From NCBI GenBank assembly GCA_964270895.1, contig OZ185447.1: a DNA stretch of 64,000 nucleotides. One strand, 5' to 3'. Shown one piece after another: positions 33,801-45,100 of this stretch. Position numbers and translations under genes: made by a program. Each line of letters starts with the position of its first letter. Within the stretch, counting starts at the first letter, position 1. The stretch is from Podarcis filfolensis (Eukaryota). The notes beneath the pieces were generated by a model. The model was not told where the DNA came from, ran no database searches, and saw only the letters and a list, made by a program, of their open reading frames with translations.

Positions 33801-36800
33801 TACAGCATCTATAATGGTGTCTATGCTGTGGCTCATGCCTTGCATAACATTTACTCCCCTAGATCCAAGCAGAGAGCAATGGGAAAAAGTGAAAGATTAA
33901 AACTTCAGGATCTGGAGCCTTGGCAGGTAATGTTCTGAGAATGAATGGAAACAAATCTTACCATTATCTTACCAGAGTCATGTAACAGAAAACTTTATAT
34001 ACAATTGCAACTTAAAACATTATTGCTTGGTTATACAATAAAACTATTGCTATTTAGAAGTCATCTGAGGGCAGCCCTCAGATTTTTTTATTTTTTTTTA
34101 ATGTTTTTAATGTTTTTAATGTTTTTAATTTTTTTAATGTTTTTAATGTTTTTAATGTTTGATTACATTTTTTTTTGTTTTTAATGTTTGATTACATTTT
34201 TATAAGTGTTAGAAGACTCCCAGGGTGGATGGCACAGCCCTGCCAGATGGCTGTGGTATAAATAATATACGATGATTATGATTATGATAATGATAAGATG
34301 GTATACCAGAAAATAATCAAGAAATAATGTTCAACCTCATAACTGCTGCTGAGACTACAAAAGCTAATAATATCTGAATGGTTGGAGAAAATCTGGTGCA
34401 TAGTAACTTTGATTACACCAACTTATACATATAAACCAGCCTAACAGCTCTATGCAAAAATTCATATTTTTTGTTATGTTTTGGAATAACAAGTTCAATT
34501 ATAATGTCCAAATGTGTCCTGCTTTCAACCTGTCATAATAGTATTTATTTTGGCTGTCTTTATTTTACTTATTTTTTTAAATAAGATTTTTTTACAAAAA
34601 TAGCACTTTATTACATTAGGATCCAGAGGTGCTGTATAAATAGTATGGAAAATTGTATTCACTGAAAAAGACAAATATGTGCATTTTATGTACTTAATTC
34701 TGCCAAATATTATTTTGTTATAGTTTTTCATCATACTATAACAACTTCAAAAACTGCATACAAAACAGGTAGAAATCGGAGTCCTTTCCTAGAGGCAATT
34801 CATAGCTCTCACCTGAGATTCCTACTTTTCCGTCTCTGCCTCTCACTCGGGTGGGTGGTGCAAATACTTCCCTCTTTTGCACCTAGGGTCCGCCATGACC
34901 AAGCACCACCCCTATGAGTAGTTAATCTGTGGACCTTAGCAAGGACCCCACATATAGGACTTCAAAGGAAACAAGAAACAAGAAGAAGAAAAGAGAGAGA
35001 AAGAACAACAAAAGGAGAAAATAAAGGGAAAGAAATATTAGAGATGAATAAAAAAGGCTTCCAATGCATAATAAAGACTCCATCTGTTGTGTCAAAATCA
35101 CTGATATTTTGCACATGTTCTTTGTTAACTGAAGCTACGTTATTATAACTAAATAAGCTTCATGAAGAAATGTTTCTGTAAACCATGGCACTTTATTCAA
35201 AATCTCATTTATGCTATTTCCCATTCAACTCCATTTTCTCTTTCTATTAGCTGCACCCTGTTCTTCGGGACATTTCATTTAACAACTCAGCTGGAGAAAC
35301 CGTGTCCTTTACTGATCAAAGAGAAGTGGGAGGGGGATTTGACATCATGAACATAGTCACGTTCCCAAACAGGTCCTTCCTTCGATTGAAGATTGGATGG
35401 GTTGATTCTGATGCACCTGATGGAAAAGAATTCCTCATTAACAAGGACATGATTATATGGCACAATGATTTTAACCAGGTCTGGAATTTAGGCAGGGGTG
35501 CCAACTTAAATAAAATACTGGGGCGGGTAACCCCCACACTGAATAATCAATTGCAAGACGTGGCTCATGAACACCTTTTGAATAGCAGTGCCCATCACCT
35601 CTGGGAGAGGGCAGGCCCCTCGATTATTTTATTGAGGGTGTATGTGAAGGGAACTTGGCCCCTAGAAATTGGCATGTGTTACTCTAGGGTTTACTTGTGC
35701 GCCCCACATTCTCGGATTTATGAGCACACTGATATATTCCTCCACTAAATTCTTGTTTAAAAGACTTGTACAATGGCCCCTTAAGCCTGTGGAGCAGAGT
35801 ATGGATCACTTTTCAGGTTAACGTGTTTCATTCACTCTGAGTTTCGGGCCTTAAAGGAAGAATAAATAAATAAATAAAATCTTACCAAATACTGACAGGG
35901 TTAGGAGAGTGACATAAGTTTTGAATATCTGTCACATGTGGTCTTTCCACTATAAAGTTTCTGATTTCTGAAATGGCCCTAGTTTTATCTGTATCTTATA
36001 TTTTGCGTCTTTCATTCCTGTTTCTTAATACAAAGGGGCTGATGGTTGGACTATATATGAAGAAGCAGTCCTGTGCCAATGTTTATGGGATGAGAGATCA
36101 CCTTTCTTATTTGAACTTTAGAAGCTGAAATTTTCCTTCAACGATTTCTCCCTTCTGAAATTATTTCCTGTTTATTGATAGGTGATGCCAATTTCTGTGT
36201 GCAATGACTACTGCCTCACGGGTAATCAGAAGAAAAGGAAGGAAGGTCAGAAATTTTGCTGCTATGATTGTGTTCCATGTCCAGAAGGGAAGATCTCAAA
36301 CCAGAATGGTATGTGACAGTTTTCATTGTACAAGATTAGCAAATCTTTGATGAAAGGAAGTTAAATTATTATTATTATTATTTTCATTTCTATACCGCTT
36401 TATATTTTTAAGAAAAATCTCAAAGTGGTTTATAGCATATTAAAATATCAATAAAACAATCCAGAATCAAACATTTCCAAAGAAAGTCAAATACAAAGAA
36501 TACAGTCAAAGCAACATAATTAACAGGAAATTAAAATATTTTCTTAAAGATTTCAAAATAGAACATTACAAAGGAGTTCAACTACAGAATACATATTTAA
36601 ATACATACATACATACATACATACATACATACATACTATGCTGTGCACCACACTATCCTGCTTGGTGTGGTGTGAATATTTTATTGCTACTTTCAAGTAA
36701 CATCTCATCAAAACCTACAAAAACCAAAAAGCCTGGTGAAATCTCATGTATGTGGATCTAAAAGTAATATTTCATTGTACACATAATTTAAGTGAAGCTG

Positions 36801-38497
36801 CCAAGTCAAGTAGTAAAATGGTACAGAAGTTGCAGATTTGCAAATGATGTGTGTAGTCAGAAAGAAACATTCTAGACATCATCATTAGGCCAGAACCTTA
36901 TTCATTATGCTTCAAGGAAGAGGAAATATCATGGCACTAATTCCAACCAGCATTTGCTATTTGAATGGCATTCCACTTGATGGTGTAGCTGCATTCGACA
37001 TCCTTCAGAGTTGAACAAGGTTGGAGCTTTGTATTTGGGAAGGCAAGCAGCCAGGTTCCCAGTAGGGAACAGTATATGTATGGGGGTGGGAAGAGACAAC
37101 ACTGGGCCCCATCAGACCTAGTGGCATGCCTTTCTCTTATCACTCTTTAGACCCTGTACAGTCCGCCTTATTGATGTGAGTTTCTGCCCATCATTTTGAC
37201 AAAGGCTTCAGAATGCCTAGCAATGGCTACTGGCACTTACTGAGGGAAAGGCAAAAACATCCTAACCTGGAGACAATTAAATATGGGAGCAAAATAAATT
37301 CGGCCCCTCTCAGTTAACTGTCCACCCAAAAAAACCAAGGTTCCACTAACCCTGCCATCTTGGTGCCATTGGTCAAAGACCCCCGCCCTGCTCTGTGCAC
37401 AGCATGGCTACTTAAAATGTTTTAAACAAACCTATGTCAGATTCTGCAGGAAAGCAATGAGTAATTCAAATATACAACCAGCTCTCTGACCGTAAGTAAG
37501 GTTCAAAAGAGATCAGCAGGATCAGTAATGGCTTCGTAATAGGCAAAAAACACAGATGATTTGCAAATGGAGTTTAACTTTCTCCTATTTGTCAGATATG
37601 GCTGACTGCTTCAGATGCCCTGAAGATCAGTATGCAAACAAGAAGAAAAATGGATGCATCCCTAAAACTATCAACTTTCTGTCTTATGAAGAACCTTTAG
37701 GGATCAGCTTGGCCTCACTTGCTCTTTCTTTTTCCCTGATCACAACTTTGGTGCTTGCAACGTTTATTCAGCACAAAGACACTCCCATTGTCAAAGCCAA
37801 CAACAGGGATCTCACCTACACTCTCCTCATCACCCTCATATTCTGCTTCCTTTCATCTCTTCTATTCATTGGACACCCTGGAAAAATGACCTGCCTTCTT
37901 CGCCAAACAACTTTTGGCATCATCTTCTCTGTGGCAGTTTCCTGTGTGTTGGCCAAAACCATCACCGTAGTTGAAGCTTTCATGGCCACCAAGCCTGGGT
38001 CCAGTATGAGGAAGTGGATGGGGAAAAGACTGACCAATTCTGTTATCCTTTCCTGCTCCCTCGTTCAAGTGATTATTTGTACTGGGTGGTTGATGACCTC
38101 TCCACCGTTCCCTGCTCTTGACATGCACTCGGTCATGGAAGAAACCATTGTGCAATGTATTGAAGGCTCGGTGACCATGTTTTACTGTGTCTTGGGCTAC
38201 ATGGGCCTCCTGGCTATTGCCAGCTTCATTGTGGCATTTGCAGCTCGCAAATTGCCAGACACTTTTAATGAAGCCAAGTTCATTACCTTCAGCATGTTGC
38301 TGTTCTGCAGTGTTTGGTTGTCTTTTGTTCCAACCTACCTGAGCAACAAAGGAAAATCCATGGTGGTGGTGGAGATCTTCTCCATCTTGTCCTCCAGTGC
38401 TGGATTGTTGGTCTGCATCTTTGCCCCTAAATGCTACATCATTGTGCTGAGGCCTGAGCTGAACAACAGGGAGCAACTGATAAGGAGAAGGATGTAA
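30886..38497 (+). CDS. Vomeronasal type-2 receptor, gene C, 875 aa
   Basis: Exons 30886-31100, 32391-32682, 33063-33926, 35251-35478, 36182-36308, 37596-38497. GT-AG, open frame. Confidence 0.92.
31385..31613 (+). mobile_element. Tc1/mariner-superfamily MITE
   Basis: CAGTGGTGCCTC...GAGGTACCATTG with TA flanks. The empty site AAATATACTACC is present in gene D intron 1 (about 42631-42642). Confidence 0.85.
34095..34165. repeat. (TTTTTAATG)n 9-bp tandem repeat
   Basis: About 6-7 units in gene C intron 3; single unit in the paralogs. Confidence 0.85.
36600..36634. repeat. (TACA)n microsatellite
   Basis: About 8 tetranucleotide units. Confidence 0.85.
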
Positions 38498-40277
38498 ATT
38501 CAACCTTCCTTCTTCTTTCTCTTCTATTGTTACACATAAGGGATTTTAGTATAAAAGTGGTTACTTTGAGTACCTCCTCCGGTGTGATACTCTTTTGCGG
38601 GATAGATTTTGAAAAGTTTAGTGTTGTGAAATTAAAGCAGATTAAAATGCTCTGTCACCTTAGCTCAGGAGCGAGGAACAACTTTCCGGGCGGGGGGAGG
38701 GTGGTAGTTTCCATTAAAGTGCTAATAAAATGGATGCAGGGGGAGGGGAGCTTGGTTTTTGATAGAGAAACTGCTTCCACATCATTGATCAAGCCACTTT
38801 GTAGCTGTCCATTTAAAAGACTCATTGCCTTCTGACACCCAGTGACAGACGGGTTGGTGGCCCCTTTCAAGTACCAAACTTTGGCCCTTAAGGCCTGCGA
38901 GAATGATCAGTCTGGCCAACTGTGGGGAAATATTACTGACTCCTGCCTTAAAGCAAGAAACTTGTGAATAAAAATGGAGTTTTGTGGGTAGGGAAGCAAT
39001 AGAGAAATGTATTGGAAAGTGTTGAATGAATAGTGGCTTTGATAACTTTGAATTACTTCCTATTCTCTTATATGGGACTGATTTACCTTATATTACTCTG
39101 TTCTTTAATTCCAAATTATATTTTCTTAAATAAAGAAACATGTTAACTAAAATTAAAGTTCTGAGAGTCTTCCTTGAACCTCAAATACCTTGCTGACTAA
39201 TATGGAACAGAACAGAACGAATCAACTGTTTGGATGGGCCCACAAAAAGAAAAAGAGTTTTCAGCAGGCATCTAAAAGAGTTAAAGTATTGTGAACACCT
39301 AAAGTTAATAGGAGTTCCAAAGGTGCTGCCACATTTATTTATGTATTTTTAAACTCTTTAAACATGCATAACAGACATTGCAGGGCACTGGAAGAAGCTT
39401 AAGTTCTTTATATGCAAGTTATTGGACTGGCACGTGTGAGGTAAAGCAATCCCTAAAGTAAACCCAATATATTAATGACTTCCTATATGAATGGATAAGA
39501 GTAAGTGCCTGATAAATGGTTTCAATACAATGGGAGAGTGGCGTCAGTTAAAGGGGCTCTATGCCCTCCAAATGTCTCTTCCAGGCCCTCAGAACTCTTC
39601 CCAAGTTGTATTCCTCACTGGCTCTGCTTCCAATCCTGAGGTTTTGCCAGCCTGGTATAGATCCTTGAACTTTGAGAATAAGACTGCTTGGCCTGAATGG
39701 GAATAGAGAGGGGTCCATGTGTTTGAGTAGAAAGTAGACACTATACAGTAGTTAAACTTGCATTAGGTGCTCTGTCCAGTTTCACTTCTTGTCCCACCCA
39801 CCACTGGCATATGGCTTTTGGAAGGTTACTCAGATCCTGGGGCTGAAACAGGTTCCCCACTTGTCCAATATAACTATATTCCTTGTTGGTTCATGCTAGT
39901 GAGTGAAGCTACATGTTTTAAAACTAGAGCTTAATTGTATAGAGAGATATTGATTCCCATTCCCTTGAAGGGGAATGGTACTGGAAAGTGGCCTTTATCT
40001 CAAAATTTAGCACTGCTACGTACCCAATTCCATTCAGACGCCAAACCCTGATGAAGTAATTCACAAACTCTCAGGTTTAGCTTTGCTTCAGCACTCTGGA
40101 TACACCAATGATCGTCTGGTTTGGGGGTTCCTGCAGTTATAACAGATCTCCACGCACATAATTTTTTACTCTTACAGGTTAATTTATGCCACACAAAGAT
40201 ACAGCAAAAGAAATGGAAACAAATGTCCAGGTAACCCCACAAAATAGATAAGTTGTCAGCAAGCATATAAAACAGTG

Positions 40278-40519
40278 CAGTGGTACCTCGGGTTAAGAAC
40301 TTAATTCGTTCTGGAGGGCCGTTCTTAACCTGAAAACGTTCTTAACCTGAGGTACCATTTTAACTAATGGGGCCTCCCACTGCCACCGCGCCACCACCAC
40401 ATGGTTTCTGTTCTCATCCTGAAGTAAAGTTCTTAACCCGAGGTACTATTTCTGGATTGGCAGAGTCTGCAACTTGAAGCATCTGTAACCTGAAGTGTCT
40501 GTAACCCGAGGTACCACTG
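40278..40519 (-). mobile_element. Tc1/mariner-superfamily MITE (inverted orientation)
   Basis: CAGTGGTACCTCGG ... CCGAGGTACCACTG; reverse complement of the 17851 copy. Confidence 0.85.
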
Positions 40520-40859
40520 TACAGTGATCACGAATGCCTAATGTATCCTGTATCATTAGTTCACCAAGGAAAAGTTATTCAGTCAATTTTTCTGCCTATA
40601 AGGAGCAGAATGGCAATTTTTTAAAAAGAAAAAATACCACGCAGACACCAAACTCTGGAGAGGTAATTCATAATCCTACCCTGCAGTTACTCAGACCACT
40701 GCAATTATTTCACCAGGTCAAAACTCCAGAGCAGATTTTTCCCCAGAAGCAACTAGAAAACAAGAAGCAAGTCTAAAAGTGGTTATAAGAAACTCTATCT
40801 ATTCAATTCTTGATGCTGCATTCAAGGAATGCATATGGAACAATTTGATAATGAGCACT

Positions 40860-41261
40860 CACATTTTACACTGTGGGTGCACTTCACGGGATCGCGTGCA
40901 ATGCTTTGGACCTCGGGGAACTCAACAGTTTGTATGGGCTGGCCTGCCTCTCAGTGTTATTCTTTGGAGGCTCATGCCCAGCCTCAGTAGTCAAGTTACA
41001 CTGCTGGGAGGTGGGGCCAATCATATAAATAGGGGGTCGAGCCGGTAGCAGCCAGGCAGTCAGCTAAGGAGCTTCATCTACCCAATCCTCCCTTTGTTTA
41101 ATGTTTCTTGTTTACAGGTTGACCTTTTTCTTCCTGTTTAGTGAGCATTGCTATGACCTTTTGACTGGTTACTATTGAAGACCCGGGAAGAAATTTTCCT
41201 GCATTGGCAGGTTTTCTACTTCCCGTAGCAATTCATCACCTTTATACCTTTCATTACCTTT
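40860..41261. other. Unclassified insertion, probably a transposon/LTR-like fragment with CCAAT and TATAAATA
   Basis: More GC-rich than the flanks, absent from the other paralogous spacers. CCAAT at 41017 and TATAAATA at 41024. Boundaries approximate. Confidence 0.35.
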
Positions 41262-41268
41262 AAAGTAT

Positions 41269-41620
41269 AAAGGTAAAGGTAAAGGGACCCTTGACTGTTA
41301 GGTCCACTCTGGGACTTCCACTCTGGGGTTGCAGCACTCATCTCGCTTTATTGGCCGAGGGAGCTGGCGTACAGCTTCTGGGTCATGTGGCCAGCATGAC
41401 TAAGCTGCTTCTGGCGAACCAGAGCAGCGCACGGAAACACCATTTACTTTCCCGCCGGAGAGGTACCTATTTATCTACTTGCACTTTGAGGTGCTTTTGA
41501 ACTGCTAGGTTGGCAGGAGCAGGGACTGAGCAATGGGAGCTCACCCCGTCGCGGGGATTCGAACCGCCGACCTTCTGATCGGCAAGTCCTAGGCTCTGTG
41601 GTTTAACCCACAGAGCCACC
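41269..41620 (-). mobile_element. Sauria SINE, full length
   Basis: On the minus strand: tRNA-like head GGTGGCTCTGTGGGTTAAACC...GGTTCGAATCCCC, body with GACCCAGAAG/CTGGCCACATGACC, and (ACCTTT)n tail. Confidence 0.88.
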
Positions 41621-42142
41621 TGCAGCTTGATCTTATTGAGAAGTGCTGAGTCCCATTTACTTGAAGACAACTGGAGTAGAGAAGTGGTCCTAATCTCAAA
41701 ATTTAGAACTGCTACTTTATATCCTGATGACAGTGTCTTCACTCAAGAGTTTCCTATTGTTCTTAGCACATCAAGGAAAAACCCTTCTGCCACTTTTTTC
41801 TTTCATCTAAGCAGCAGGGTGGGGAGTAAAAAAAGTTAAAGTCTTACTCAGACTCTAAACTCTGAATAAGTAATTAATATTCCTATTCTGCAATTACTCA
41901 AATCACTGCAATTTCTTCACCAGGCCAAATTCCCAGTTGGCTTCCTGAAGGGAAGAAAAAAAATCAACAAGCAAGCCTAAAAGTGTTTAAAAAATAAGCT
42001 CATATGTTATGGAGAGCTAGTGTAGGGGAAAGACAGACAGGGCTCTATGAGTTCAATTTAGGACAATATAATTTCTGTTACTTCTCAAGGAATGTATTTG
42101 CAACCCGTTGATGAAATGTTTATCATAAGCTAGGCTGTCAGG

Positions 42143-45100
42143 ATGTTGCTGCTATTGGTGTTGCTGTTTCTAATAACTCCTGTTCCTATTACCTCTAATT
42201 CTATCCGCTGTCCCAGGAATAATCCTTTTCCTGTTCCACACGAGTGGTACCAGCCAGGTGAAGTCCTCATTGGTGGAGTTCTTTCTCAGAACGTTTACAA
42301 TTTCTATGAAATTTTGTATAAGGAACAACCATCAAAGAATGTGTTTGATGTTTCATAGTAAGACTTTTCCATTCCCCCTTTGCATTGGCGTTTCCTTTCT
42401 TTCATGTCTTTCAGACAGGAATCCTAAAGAGGGATTCCTTTATCACTGACATTTTCAAGTTGAAATGGGAGCCATAATTTGCCTCAATACTGGAATAAAA
42501 AAACCTTTCTTTCTAATTTTTTTTTAAACCTAGCTACTGTCAGAGTTTATTTGAATCAAATTGTGTATTTACAATTGCTTTACAGTATACTTATTGTGAG
42601 GAGTGGGGAAGAGAAGGGTGAAAATGCAAACAAATATACTACCACCTATTCATATTCAAGGTCCTTTAAAGTTTCAGTGTGCTGACTTGAATTGATTTCT
42701 TGGGTAAATTGTTACATCATGGTGAAAGTTAACCTATATGTAGGGATATGGAAATTGGTTGAATTGTGTTGAGGCTGACAGGGATTGCGACAGTTCAGCT
42801 TAGATAGCACAGGGAAACCTGAGATTGTCAAAATGGGGCAGTAGACCAGAGAGGCTGACATTGGGCTAGAAAACCTAAAGAAATAGGAGACTAATATTGC
42901 CGCCAACTATGTCTTCCAGTGTGAAGGTAAGTCCATTGCCATATGACTCCCCTTTCCATCTGATGCAATGCAGAATCAATGACTGTCCTTAGCTACAGTA
43001 GCCTGCACACCTCAAACCTGTGGTTCTAATGTGCAAGCAACATTCCTACCCCAACGACAGCTGTATACTGAGAAACAAAGCTATCTGAATTCAATGGGAC
43101 TTTCATGTAAGTCTGTATAACTTTGCAGCTTTCGGTTAAATGAAGTTGTCGCCTACTTAAGGAGAAACAGATTTATTTCATTTTTTTTTCTTGATCAGCT
43201 GTTATACAAATGTCAAGCAATAGAAGAACAGCAGGTGTGTGAAAGTATCATGCAAAGCAGTAATGCCCTGATCACTGGACAGTATCGATTTTATTAGCTT
43301 AGATGTGTTAATTACAAATACAATCTTTTCATTTTCGTTTGAAACAAAAGATGTACAATATTGTAGTATGTTCATATCTGTAACTAATTTACTTTATTTG
43401 TAGTATGGTGCCAAAATTTTATCAGCACGTCCTAACATTGGCATTTGCTGTCAAAGAAGTCAATGAGAATCCCAACATCTTGCCCAATATCACACTTGGC
43501 TTTCACATCTATGATAGCTATTATGATGCAAGGATGACCTACCGTACGACTCTTGACCTCCTCTTCAAAATGAAGACATTTGTTCCCAACTACAAATGTG
43601 ACACCCAGAAAACCCTCATATCCACCATTGGGGGACTTGGCCATGATACCACCTTCCATATGGCAGACTCATTAGGTCTCTACAAGATTCCACAGGTAAG
43701 AGGTATGAAGGGGCCAATGAGAATCTTTTCTTTCTGCCTCTATGGGTTGCTTCCATGTTTGTTCTCCACAGAGCAAACCTATTGGAAAGTGTTCTACTCA
43801 GCAGTTTTACTCAGAACAGACTCATCAAAATTATTGCCTCTATCTTAGTCATGATCCTTGATTTAAAATCTAGATCTATACAAGCCTGCATCTTTCTCCC
43901 ATATTCCTTGTAGATTGCCTTTTTCTGTTTTATTTCTAGAGATGTGAGATCTTAGAATTTGTGGAATAAAAAGCCAAATGGTACAGGATGAATGTTTTCC
44001 ATATGATTTGAGATTATATTCACATTTTCTTTCAGTTTGCATATGGTTCATTTCCCCCAACGGAGAGTGATGCAAGACAGGTTCCTTCCTTTTACCGCAT
44101 GGTGCCCAGTGAAGCCCACCAGTTTCTTGGGATTATCCGCTTGCTTAAGCATTTTGGATGGAAGTGGATCGGAGTCATTGCTCTGAACGATAACAGTGGA
44201 GACCATTTCTTGCAGACCCTGGAGCCATTGCTATCTCAAAATGGAATTTGCTCAGCCTTTACACAAATAATTTCCATACAACCCCACTTTGATAATGTGG
44301 ATGAAATGCATGATATAGCTTTAAATATGTATGTGAAAATAAGAGACAATAAAGTCACTATACTTATTGTTTATGGAGAATCTCGGGCAATAATATCATT
44401 GAGACTTATTATATTTCTACCAGATCCTACAAATAAAGAAAACACATCATATAAAAAGGTATGGATCTTTACAGCACAGACTGATTTCATATCTATGGGT
44501 CTTCTTAAGGTTTGGAATGTTCTGCTCTTCCAGGGTTCCCTTTCCTTCACAATTCATTCCCAAAAACTTCCAGCATTCAAGGAATTTCTTCTCAACATAA
44601 AGCCTTCCCAGAGCCAGGGAGATGGTTTCATCAAAGTCTTCTGGGAGCAAGCATTTGACTGTATTCTTCCCAATTTCGATGCGCCAATGGAGGTCTATGG
44701 TATGTGTACTGGGGAGGAGAGATTGCAGAGTCTTCCAAGGTCTCTGTTTGAAATGAGCATGACTGGTCACAGCTACAGTATCTATAATGGTGTCTATGCT
44801 GTGGCTCATGCCTTGCATAACATTCATTCACGTAGATCCAAGCAGAGAGCAATGGGAAAAAGTGAAAGATTAAAACTTCAGGATCTGGAGCCTTGGAAGG
44901 TAATGTTCTGAGAATGAAGAGAATTTTTTTTACCATTATTTGCATCACCAGAGTCATGTAACAGAAGGCTTTATATACAACTGGAAATCAAAATATTACT
45001 GCTTGGTTATCCAATAAAACTATTGTTGTTTAAAAGTCATCTGAAGGCAGCTGTGTATCGCGAACTTTTTAATGTTTGATTACATTTTTATAAGTGTTGG

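Noticed and set aside
35479-35748. 148-aa ORFs running past exon 4 in genes C and D
   Set aside because: Read-through into intron 4; the equivalent frame stops early in A and B.
37862-38503. Long antisense ORFs over V2R exons (e.g. 213 aa here, 44447-44827, 48519-48893)
   Set aside because: Shadow frames of coding exons; interrupted by stops in the paralogs and with no recognisable motifs.
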